Source: Schizosaccharomyces osmophilus (lineage: Eukaryota). Taken from it: a stretch of 64,000 bases of DNA. This document shows, piece by piece, positions 36,782 through 47,360 of the stretch (its first letter is position 1; each line of letters starts with the position of its first letter). The stretch lies in NCBI RefSeq assembly GCF_027921745.1, contig NC_079238.1:372001-436000 (forward strand), given 5' to 3'. A program made the position numbers and the translations under genes. The notes below the pieces were generated by a model. That model was not told the DNA's origin. It searched no databases and worked only from the letters and a program-made list of their open reading frames with translations.

Positions 36782-38088
36782 AAAATTTTGGCTACAAAAT
36801 CTTTATTAGCTTCTACAACTACTACGTGATAAACCAGAACCTGATTATAAAGTATTTTTAATCCATAAAAGATGCTTGTTGCTTTTGGATGGCTATCTTT
36901 ATATTTCGCTTCAATCCAGAATACATCGTGACGATATCCAATTGCTATTTTTTTTTTTTTATTGATCGAAAACTCCATAGCTCTTTACTAAAATGCTAAG
37001 AACATATATAGTTTGCTTTTAATAAGCAAACACCAAAAAATTGTATAAAATAGTAGGAGATGAGCATTTCTACGATGTGTCTGTAAAGAACCTTAAACTC
37101 GTAAGGAATCAAATCTTAGGTTAACGACGACACTTATAGATTTGGAAACAAAAGATGGTAAAAATTCTAACATTCAGGAAGTAAAACGGCAACAGTGTTA
37201 GGTCATATGTGAAATCTATTTCAATTACTAAAAACATGGCCATAAAATTTCAATTAGGCTGAAAACCAAGCGAATGTTTTCAGCAATTGAGCTCTCGGTT
37301 CTCTCAACTAAAATGATGTGTTAGTGATGCGAAATATCTAATTGGAGCGAACAACTTCATTTTATTTCCTTCGAATTTTGAGCTACTCTAACTTTGATAA
37401 TGGATTCTCAAGGAAAATTGGGTTCTTTTGGACTGCTATTCTATTGGAGTTTCGCGTTCATCATGGTTTGCGAATTTTACTCGAAGAAATAAACAACATT
37501 TTGCTCAATTCCATCACAATTGAAACTCTCATAATGGTTTTCTTAACTATGCGAATAAAAGGCAGGTCCAAAAAACAACAAGTAAACAATTTCGCGTCAT
37601 GTCATAAAAACAGGAATTGGTATGGCTGTTTGTACAAATTGTAGCAAAGAATGATAATTTACATCATTGTTATAGCATATGCTTAGTATTAAAAGTTTTG
37701 TATACAAAACTCTGCAGTGTCTCTATAGTAGATTTTGACATGTAAAAATAATAATACTCGCTTTCGCAAACGAAGCTTCTAGGAATTTTTTCGTCTATGC
37801 ACTTTAGTAGTTGAACATTGAATAAAGTAGAAACGGAACCGTCAAAAGGTGGTTGGCAAATACTTAGCTAATATTTTTTCCTTTAATAAACCCGATTGCG
37901 CAAAGTTAAACATCAATCGAAAAATTTCTGTATATTAAATAGGCTGTGGGCGAGAGCTTGTTTGACTGTGCTTTATAAGGTTAAGAGCAATTCACCCAAA
38001 TACAAGAATACTTTCAGTTGTATCGCTGCCTTCGACTTTCCATTCCTCATAAATGTATTTTACTTTTTGTATAGCGTTTTCAATACCT

Positions 38089-39683
38089 TTAAGAAGAGGA
38101 GCTTAAAAGTAAAGTATTTACGGCAATTAGAAAAGCACGAGAGGGATTGGTTTTTGGATGTAATTCAATTATCTTTATCAGCCTTTGTCTTATTTGATGC
38201 TTATCAAGGTAAGTCTGTGAAGCGTCAAGTGTTAATGGCGTCGAAAGCTTTTGTAAATCAGATCCATAATATAGTGAAAGCAAAAATAATGCAAAGCAAG
38301 AGGCAATTTCTTTTCCACCTTGATCGTCCAACAAGATTAAGGAATCTCGCATGCCCCATGGAGGCTTGATCCCATTTAATTCTGACAAAAGCTTAGGTGC
38401 TTGTTTGCGAAAACTCTGGGCTCCCTTCTTGCCAGACTCTATCGGACGGTGAAATTCTTCTGGTATACTCAACGGTTGAGCAGAAAAATTTAAAATTAAG
38501 CAAGTTTTTTTAAATTCGGTAGCAGAAAACTTGCTTCGATCTCCGATGAGTATATTCGTCGGTGCAAGATGGGTAAGGGCATCTGAAACCAAATTTGCAT
38601 CAGCCTTATAACTACCATCGTTGGAGACTTTAGACAATAAATCTTGAATGTTTGAAGCAAATTCTTCCTCGGGTAGTGATAAAATGTAGTCAGCATGATT
38701 CCAAAACGCTGTAGGACCAAGTCCACTAGCCCATTCTTCTTCATCGTCTGCTGCACCCTGAACATACAAAAATCCATATTCCCTAGAATAACCATCATGT
38801 ACTTGTTTACTGGCTGTCACGAGTACCACGGTATGATAATTTTCAAACTGAGCGGAAGATAGAGTGCTACTCGGAGTGGCCCATAAAGGACGTATAGGCT
38901 TCTGTAATTTCGAGGAAATAAAATCCAAATTGATTCCTGAATTCATAAGCAAATCAACAAAACCTTCCAACTTCTGGCTCATAGCAGATCGTTCTGTAGC
39001 TGGAAGATAAGGAGGAAAAAATACGAGCTGACGATTTTCCAAGTCATGGGGACGCAGTCTCTCGAAAACGCATTTATTAAGAGTAGCAATCCAGATGGGA
39101 ACTGTTTTCGACAAGGCATCGGGCATTCGTTTACCACGCCTGGTTGAATCAACAAGGACAATTCCACCATAGTCATGGATTATGTCGAGCAGGTGAAGAT
39201 TTAACCGACGAGTACTAAAAGACCATTGTCCTGTATGGCCATCGGTACTCTTAAAATACGCAGAAAAAGGTGCATGAATTGGTTTTACATACCAAGTGCC
39301 GCAACGTTCATTGACAACGCATTTGAAGTTAGGATAGCTTTCAAGGACGCGGTCAATGAATTCCGAATCATGAACGATTGACAACAAACGATTCCTTCTG
39401 TGTTGCAAATATAGTTAGTAAAATCGGCTTCTGCAGGACCCCATTTTCCCATGCATGCTTCAACCAAACATCGACGGCTTGCATCTTTATTTCCAGTGAC
39501 ATTGAAATTTTGCTTCTTTTAAGCAAAAAGTCAGAGCCAGTATCCACGTTCTTGTATCTCACTTCACCCGCCTTTGCCAAGGTTGTAGATAGAAAAATGG
39601 CAGCCTGTAAAAATGTTCACTTACGGATGCCTAGCTTGTATATGAATATGCTGGATAGCATTTAAAGAATCGAATTCGTCCAT
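38089..39683 (-). CDS. rit1: Initiator tRNA A64 2'-O-ribosyl-phosphate transferase Rit1; exons 39683-39625 and 39397-38089
   Basis: NRLLSIVHDSEF, NERCGTWY, YFKSTDGHTGQWSFSTRRLN, VDSTRRGKRMPDALSKTVPIW, YVQGAADDEEEW and NPSRA. Intron 39624-39398 (GTAAGT...CTAAC...CAG) supplies the N-terminus MDEFDSLNAIQHIHIQARHP. Confidence 0.9.
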
Positions 39684-40180
39684 TCGTTCACACCAACACC
39701 AGGATTCTGGGTATACGTCGATAAATTTGAAGGCGTGGTCGTCAAGGCAGAAGGCATGGATTGCACTGACAGGTTTTCAACGCTTTCCCGAGGCGAATAC
39801 AATGTAGTACTTCTAGCGACATTTTCCTTTGTATGAAAAACAATATTTAAAAAACCCATATTGCGAAGACCAGCTGCCAAAAGATTATGCTGGCTAGCAA
39901 ACTCAGCAACGTAAGCTTCAATGTTTGCGATTCGCTTTCTATGCACGCTTCCAAATACAAATTCTGAAGCATATACAGTTACAATAGAAAGGAATATGTC
40001 CAACAAATTTCCAATAGTCCAAGGACAAAAGGCTATATACAGCTTTTTATTCAGCGTATGAATGAAACCATTCCAGTCTTTTACAGAGACATATGGCTGT
40101 AAGGCAAGTGGGAAATTTGTGGAAAACTGAGGGTATCGATCGCCAGAAACAGAATAATCTCGTTCAATGCGTATCAGCAT
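39662..40180 (-). CDS. erf4: Ras palmitoyltransferase accessory subunit Erf4 (Golgin-A7/ERF4 family)
   Basis: IRIERDYS...PQFSTNFPLALQPYV...FIHTLNKKL...GFLNI fits the Erf4 domain pattern. Neighbour of rit1 as recalled for S. pombe. Confidence 0.82.
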   Translation of the reverse strand: MLIRIERDYSVSGDRYPQFSTNFPLALQPYVSVKDWNGFIHTLNKKLYIAFCPWTIGNLLDIFLSIVTVYASEFVFGSVHRKRIANIEAYVAEFASQHNLLAAGLRNMGFLNIVFHTKENVARSTTLYSPRESVENLSVQSMPSALTTTPSNLSTYTQNPGVGVNEWTNSIL

Positions 40181-41763
40181 TTAAATTCTCTGCTTCTAGA
40201 GAATGGACTCGTCTTGCTTTGGGGAGGTAAAGAAACAAACACAACATTAATACCTCCAAAGGCAACGACTATTCAAATATAAGAAATCAAAAAGAAAGGA
40301 CAAAAAAGGGTTGAAATTTGTTTCTTTAAATGAAGGGATTAGGATTTTGGGAAAACTGGGAGGATGAAATTTGTTTATGGCAAATGAAGGAAATTGAAGC
40401 TAATTGTGTGTGATTCTCGACTGTTACATATGGAATTCATACGAAAAAAAAAGAAAAATGAGTGAGGACTTTTGTTTGGTTGGAATTGTGGTAAAAGGCA
40501 ATGCTTTCTGTATGCAGCATTCATCTGGAATCGAGAGCAGATCAAGCCATGAAGAAAATACTAGCGACTAACAATATTGTTTTATTACTTCAGTGATGCT
40601 TTAGATGGATGGAGGTTACCGAAAGTAGTAGGCAGTGAAAACAAGTTTCGCTCTTTTCGGCACAGACGAAACCTGGATGTACGGTATAGCTATTCGATTT
40701 CTTGCCGTTTTCGTATGAAATATGATTGTTTTTCTTCTACATGATTCCTCTTAACTTATTTTACTCTTGGAATGCTCTTACATTGAAGTGATTATCGCAC
40801 AAACGTCTTCCACACGTTTCGAAATTACGTACCCATTTAATGGCTTTATTGTAACTGATTTCTATGATTGTAAACAATAGAAAGTACCAAGCTAGCGTGG
40901 AAGTTGTGATCAATGTGAAATGAACTTGACATGGAAATAGCATAGGAAGAATTTAAAGCCTTTCAACATGAAATTTTCATGTTATTTCTTATATTATAAG
41001 AAACTTACTGGCTTCATAACTTAACCGGTCTTTGATCCAGCATGGTTTATAGGTTTTAGGAACATTGACGAAAAGTGAATTCCTTCAACTTTTTGTCAAT
41101 TCACCTTGTCTTTCCTTAACGATTAATAATTGGTATTTTAGAATCTTACAATACTCCTTTGTCGTTCAATATCTCTTTTTGAAACGTCTGAAAACGCCGT
41201 TTTGCCATCTAACACACGCACCCATTGATAAACGCTCATCAGCATGATAAAAACTTTAAGCGTACGTGAAACCCAAAGAGAAAATAATTATATATGAATG
41301 GAAGCTATTTAGAAAGAAAAAGAAGCAGGAGGTTCAGCTTCTTTTATGAGCGCTACTCTGCAAAACGATCAATTGCATCCTTTCGGAAAAAAGGTTGCAT
41401 ATTCGAGCCCAATTACAATGATACTGAAAGAATACATGCTTCATACTCTCACCCTGTTTACAAAGCTACAAAAGCCGTTTTCATAATTTTTTACATTCCT
41501 TTTACCAAAGTAAATAAACATTAATAAAGTTGAAGCAAACGAATTGACTGGCCTCTAGCATGGAGTGATTTGAAATTTCGGGTAACAATGTGTTTGTGCT
41601 ACTTGTTTGCAGAACCGTTCGACACGAACGTATCCTTTCACCAACACCAAAGAAATAATAATATTCTCTCGAGAATAACCGGACGGGATCCATTTTTTGT
41701 TTATCTTAAAGCTCTTACTTTTATCCAATTAATTGTGTTTTTTGAAACGATTTCCATTTCATT

Positions 41764-42357
41764 ATGAACAGCCAGACGCCTGTGAATACGAACGAGCCTC
41801 TTCCTCCCGTCGTACAAACGTCGTTATTTGATGTCGGTGCTAGAGTGTAAGTAAAATCTAATGTTTTGGTGTTTCGTTTGTTTTTGAATGACTCTTGGCT
41901 TCTTGCTCAACAAATAGGTTGAGCCATTATGATTACATGTGGATGAATGCTAACCAGTCTAGTCGTAAGGGTAAGAATTCATAGAAAATAATTCCAAGAG
42001 ATATAGCATGTGAAATGAATGTCAAACGACATTCTTGAAGTCATTTACGCTGTTATTCTCTTTACCATTGGAACATTGATGGTTTCACATCAACTCTTGG
42101 ATATGTAATTATAGAAACAACTAACTAATGAATGTATAGCTGTCCAAACTGGCTACAAATTTGACCAGCATTTATTCCCTTCGTACCACAAGGACAAGAC
42201 TGTTCAAACTGAACTACCTCAGCAAAAGCATGATCCCTCTTTGCGCTTAACAGATCTGAAGAGTGAATTGGCTGCTGACTCTATCTTTTGGGACACTGCT
42301 ACTCCGGACCAAATTGCTCAGCAATTCGCAAACCAAAATTTCCTGGAATCACATTAA
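41764..42357 (+). CDS. spd2: Spd1/Dif1-family RNR-inhibitor-like, PCNA-binding protein Spd2 (102 aa); exons 41764-41846, 41963-41970, 42140-42357
   Basis: Spliced translation MNSQTPVNTNEPLPPVVQTSLFDVGARVRKAVQTGYKFDQHLFPSYH...ELAADSIFWDTA...FLESH*, with the Hug/PIP-degron motif QTSLFDVGARVRK. Both introns canonical. Absent from the ORF track. Confidence 0.9.
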
Positions 42358-42843
42358 AACAAGTCTTTAAAGCTAGTGATCATCCAATGTTAAGATTTTG
42401 AACTGATCACTTGCTTGATTCCTCGAAATGTGTTCCTTTTTTTCTTCTTTTTCCTATTCATTGTTTCCACGCATGTTTCTCGGCATGTTCTTTTCATGAA
42501 CTGCATATTCCTTTATTTATATCTCGCTTTTTTTTTTGATTTCTTAATTACAAAAGAAAAGGAGCATGAATTCTTATACTTTGGCTTTTAATTATACTCA
42601 AACTCTTTAAATGAAAATGAAATCAATTTTCTGTAGAAAATCGAACGGATGTAGCTAATCTTATTATTTCCAATAAAAAAAGACGCATAATGAAAAAACC
42701 CTAATAACCAAAAATATTTTTTCTATTAGGAAGCAAATTTCCAATTGTAAAGCCGTTTCTTTTCTATCATTAAACCTGCCAATAAAGCCCTAAATCTATG
42801 TATACAATGCAAAAAGCAAGCTCCTCATCATGTTAATGTATAT

Positions 42844-43626
42844 TTAAGAAGTCATGTTCTTTGGAAGGCGAAGCGTTCCGCCAACAAACTTTCCAGGTAA
42901 AGAAAAGGTTCCAGGAACAAATCCCTTCTTTTGCTTTTTCGGTTGTTTTGCCTTTTTCGCCAAGACTGTGCCGCTTTCTCGAGCCTCCTTCTCAATAATC
43001 TGGTCGACATGCTTTCTTTTTTGGGTCATTCCCTTTCTAGCAACCATTGGCATCTTTTGTTCTTTCTCCTTTCCTCCTAATTCCTTGATGTGTTGTTGGA
43101 CGGCTTTCTGTCGCACCTTTCCTTGAGCTACAAGATTTGTTTCTCCCGTACGTGAAGAAACCTCATGAAGCAAATGGGATTCTCGAAGAAGTTTTTGAAG
43201 CTCTGCATCGTTTTTCAAATTCTCAGCTTCATTATCGGGGGTATCGCCTTCTTCATCATCTTTGGAAAACTTTCTCCTGCGAAGCTCATTTCTTCTTTTG
43301 ATATGTAAGTCTTCTTCCGTTTCCAATTTTGGCATTTTCTTAAAAAACGAAATTTTTCCGGGTGCACTTGAAACAATGGGCTTTTCCTTGTCTTGATGAG
43401 ATACTCTTACGATGGAAGCAGAAGATGAAGGTGTCCATTCCTCTTCTTCGTTTTCCTCCAAAAAACTTTTCTCTGATTCATCTAAGCTTTCATTCCCACT
43501 TTCTTCGTTTTCGTTTTCAGATTCTTCATTGGAACTTTGAGTTTGAACAGGCAAGATCCCTTCCACGTTACCAAATTGAGTTTCAAAATGCTTTTGCAAC
43601 TTCAATAAAGCATCTTTCTCCTCCAT
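42844..43626 (-). CDS. faf1: rRNA-processing protein Faf1
   Basis: LQKHFETQFG, ENLKNDAELQKLLRESHLL, QKMPMVARKGM, EARESGTVLAK and GKFVGGTLRL. First ATG at 43626. Confidence 0.8.
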   Translation of the reverse strand: MEEKDALLKLQKHFETQFGNVEGILPVQTQSSNEESENENEESGNESLDESEKSFLEENEEEEWTPSSSASIVRVSHQDKEKPIVSSAPGKISFFKKMPKLETEEDLHIKRRNELRRRKFSKDDEEGDTPDNEAENLKNDAELQKLLRESHLLHEVSSRTGETNLVAQGKVRQKAVQQHIKELGGKEKEQKMPMVARKGMTQKRKHVDQIIEKEARESGTVLAKKAKQPKKQKKGFVPGTFSLPGKFVGGTLRLPKNMTS

Positions 43627-43824
43627 ATTCCTTTTATTTGGTAAAATCCAACTCAATTCTTCCTGTCGACGAAGGAAGGTGAACTTGGGAAAGGGCAAAT
43701 ACAACTTGTTCTGCCACTGCCTCTACAGTCGATTCTGCAAAACCTTTCTTTGGGAAAGCAACCTATTCAGAGAAAAAAGAAAACAATATCGTTCTTTGTA
43801 AATTTATCAAAAGAAATATAAAAT

Positions 43825-44978
43825 ATGTCGCAGCATACACTTTTTCGTCCTTGCATCGATATTCACAAAGGTCAAGTAAAACAAATTGTTGGTGGAACTT
43901 TGGGAGACGATGCTAGCTTACAGACAAACTATGTCTCTTTGAAATCGAGTGATTACTATGCTCAGCTCTACAAGGAAAATCATTTGCTAGGAGGCCATGT
44001 GATTATGTTGGGTCCCAACTGCGAAGAAACTGCAAAGAGTGCTCTCCGTGCCTGGCCAGGTAAGTTCATTGATGAAAACAAAAAAATAATATGTTTTACA
44101 AAGGATCTATGGAACTGACGGAATATCTTTAGGCTACCTACAAATTGGCGGTGGAATCAATAATACAAATGCAAAGTACTGGTTAGAACAAGGAGCTTCC
44201 AAGGTAAGTAAATTTGGTGAACGATTTTTTAAATAAACCAAGAATGTTATTAAGATTTTAAAAAAAAACACATAATTCTGGGTCATAGCATTTGGATTCA
44301 CTGGAAGACTGAGTACTTCCTCTCAGAAGTCATTTCAAAAAAGTCATCAAGAGAACCAAATAATAATAAAAAGAAAGAAATATTAGGTGAATGTGGTTAA
44401 ATAAATACTGATCATTATATTAGGTAATCGTCACATCTTGGTTATTTCCAAACGGTCAGTTTGATTTGGAAAGATTGAAAACCATTTCGGATCTAGTGGG
44501 CAAAGATCGTCTTGTTGTCGACGTTAGGTAAGGATTGAAGCATAAGCATCATTGAAAACAACTTGGAAAGCGGGATTTGTAATTATTAACGGCATATGTT
44601 TCTAGTTGTCGTAGAAAGGGAAGTGGATGGTTTGCAGCAATCAACAAATGGCAGACGGTAACAGAACTTGAGATATCCAAAGAGAATTTGGATATGCTGT
44701 CAAATTACTGTACTGAATTTTTGATCCACGCGGCTGACGTGGAGGGATTATGCCGGGGAATTGACGAGGAGCTAGTGAAAAAGCTGGGCGAATGGGTAAC
44801 GATTCCTACCACTTATGCGGGTGGTGGACGAAATATCGAAGATTTGGAATTAGTGAACACATTAAGTCACGGAAAAGTTGACTTGACGATAGGTAGCGCT
44901 TTAGACATATTTGGTGGAAGTTTGGGATTCGCTCGAGTCGTCGCTTGGAACCGACAATTTGCTCCATTGTCTCTCTAA
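43825..44978 (+). CDS. his6: ProFAR isomerase (HisA/His6); exons 43825-44059, 44133-44203, 44424-44527, 44606-44978
   Basis: [56 protein letters not shown] and [14 protein letters not shown]. Three canonical introns keep the frame. Confidence 0.93.
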
Positions 44979-45992
44979 AATAAGGCATTTCTCTTTTAGA
45001 TCGCCAGAATCGATGGTCCTCTCAGCAAGAGTAGTTTCGGCACTCTTTTCGCTATCCAACTTGAATTGGGCATGACGACCCAAGCTAGTATTTTTGATGA
45101 AGGGGCAACGAACGACCAAACTCCACAAGAACATGGCGACATAATCAGTCCATTTACCGCTTGTGATGAAAAAGATAGACATGACAATGAGAACTGTGGG
45201 AGGAATCCAGTTATTCAAGAAAATAGAAGTTGCTGGGAAGAAGTAGACAGGAACCTGGTGCCAAAGGGATATAAAATAACGATCAACAGCCATGAATTTA
45301 TGTCCTTTACAGTTAGAAATGAGAAGGTAAATCGTGAGTGGAAAGTAACCGAGGAAGAAAACGGCATCCAAAAGGAGAAGACGGAGAAAGCGTTTGGAAG
45401 TAAGTTGTGAGTCGCGTTGGAAGAACTGTTGAAGTTCCTTTTGGCGATGCCAGTAGTAGTAGAGGATTCTAGAGACGAAGAACAAACCACCGAGGGAAAG
45501 TAGGCAAGGGGGAAGATAAAAGATGATCAAGGTGTACACTGTCTGGTAAAAGGCAGGCATACAACCATTCATGCAGATGACTACATATCGGTTGCTCTCC
45601 ATGGGAATCATAAGGAGCATAGTAACTAAAGGATACACAAGAGATAGTAAGATTTGAAAGATCCAATTTTGGAATGGTTTTAAAGGACTATCACTGCGAA
45701 TGACTTTGTCGAGGTAGAGAACCAAAGTGAATGCTGCCGCTGGAACACCAATGCTGGCACAAGTAATGATTCGAGAAGTGATGTCGCAAAAACCATAGCC
45801 CAACCATTTTGGCTCCGATGTCTGATGCCAGATGGCAGACTGTACAACATAGATGAATGTGCAGATGCAAACCCAAAACAACAAGAGCAAGCAGGGCAGG
45901 TTGCGAGCACGCATCTGCATGTAAAAGACTTGCGCAGAGAGCACAAGACTGAGATAGGCATAAACTTGATAAAAAATAGCGATGGGAAGCAT
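44901..45992 (-). CDS. map3: M-factor pheromone receptor Map3 (Ste3-family GPCR)
   Basis: Seven TM segments with [26 protein letters not shown] and [15 protein letters not shown] at 45992 gives MLPIAIFYQ. Confidence 0.93.
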   Translation of the reverse strand: MLPIAIFYQVYAYLSLVLSAQVFYMQMRARNLPCLLLLFWVCICTFIYVVQSAIWHQTSEPKWLGYGFCDITSRIITCASIGVPAAAFTLVLYLDKVIRSDSPLKPFQNWIFQILLSLVYPLVTMLLMIPMESNRYVVICMNGCMPAFYQTVYTLIIFYLPPCLLSLGGLFFVSRILYYYWHRQKELQQFFQRDSQLTSKRFLRLLLLDAVFFLGYFPLTIYLLISNCKGHKFMAVDRYFISLWHQVPVYFFPATSIFLNNWIPPTVLIVMSIFFITSGKWTDYVAMFLWSLVVRCPFIKNTSLGRHAQFKLDSEKSAETTLAERTIDSGDLKEKCLILERQWSKLSVPSDDSSESQTSTKYV

Positions 45993-46544
45993 GGCTAACA
46001 AACAAAAATTGGAGAATGAGCACGAAAAGAGAGACAAGAAGTTAAACCGAATTACGAACGGGGAAGCAGAACTGAAAACGACAGTGGGAAGTCAAGACTT
46101 TGCTAGTAATTAAAAAGAATTGGACCAAGTTTGACAAATTCAAGAAAACGCGATCCTGTAAAACCCAAGAAAAGCGAAATAGTAAAAAATAACAAAAAAA
46201 AAAAAAAAATTCCAACAAAAAAAGGAAAAGCAATCTATCAATCACAGACTTAGGAACCAAAACTAGAATCTTTATATCCTCTCAAAGATGACAATCCTGT
46301 GTATATAACAAAACAGTACAACACGAAATCCTTCAAAACAAAAACTGTCGCAGATCTTGATTCAATGATCTTCTTTAGTCCTTAAACTTGTCTGCTATAT
46401 CGCATTTATATAGTAGAAAAGGCGACCATCATTAATCGCCATTTTCAAAGTATTCAATACAAAGCATAGAGCACCTTTTTGAAGAGTTCGTTTTAAAATT
46501 TCGTTTATTAAGAGCTTAAATGCTTATCAAATTTAGACTTTCAG

Positions 46545-46709
46545 AACAATAGAACAATTTTTTATCTCTGACCAATGAAACAAATTAAAAATAGCTTATA
46601 TTATAAGCGATACGAAAGATAAAGAGTCTTTGTTTACTGTTTGGGACGCTTATGCTTTACAAGAACAAAAGGTGAAAGGAACTGAAAGAAGACTTCTAAA
46701 ACAAAGAAA
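46545..46709. promoter_or_regulatory. Ste11 TR-box / HMG-box sites upstream of map3
   Basis: AACAAAGAAA at 46700-46709 is a perfect TTTCTTTGTT on the minus strand. TCTTTGTTT at 46627-46635 and AACAATAGAA at 46545-46554 also occur. map3 is an established Ste11 target. Confidence 0.6.
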
Positions 46710-47360
46710 CTTGTTAAAAGAAAACGTCAATTCATGAAACAAAAAACAACGTCAGATGGTTGTCTACAAGTAGGGCGGTTTTCAACATATTTGGTATGCT
46801 TGTTTGAAGACATGGTATGGCATGGGTTTCTTCGTGTGCTGTTTTACCAACATGATTCTGTAGCACAAGTCATTTCAACTAAAAAATAGGAAATGGAAAA
46901 CAGATTACAAAAAGACACAACACTAACTATACTTAATATCAATACTAAAAACACACATCTCTAAAGGAATCAGAATCACCTACAAGCCAAGCCAAGTCAA
47001 CTTACTACCATTTGATTTAAACTTCCAAAGAGCAAAAAAAAAAAAAAAAATATTATACCATAAACATCATTAAGAACCTGCTAAAACAGCTGTTGATCCA
47101 TACCATATCCAGATCAAATCACATGGGACTAATGCAGAGTGATTCTCCTATATCAACAGATTAAAACGGTCATTCGCCTTGCGAATTCCAACCCTTCGTA
47201 ACATTGTGAAAAGAACCTGCATCAAATCAATTATAAACATTTTTTAAAATTTTCAAACATAAAAGACTGAAAGTAAAATCCAAAAGCTTTTGAAAACATG
47301 TAAGAGAGGGAAGGGAGAGGGGAGGGGAGACTTATTCTTTCAAGGATACAGATTTTCCTT

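Noticed and set aside
32000..38000. wtf meiotic-driver or wag gene next to the 5S rDNA
   Set aside because: No multi-exon wtf-like structure or PY-motif first exon could be assembled. The one long ORF is intronless and PTM1-like. A decayed remnant cannot be excluded without a search.
37342..38369. ORFs 37342-37644 and 37896-38369 (+)
   Set aside because: Non-ATG starts and AT-rich non-coding composition. The second is partly antisense to rit1.
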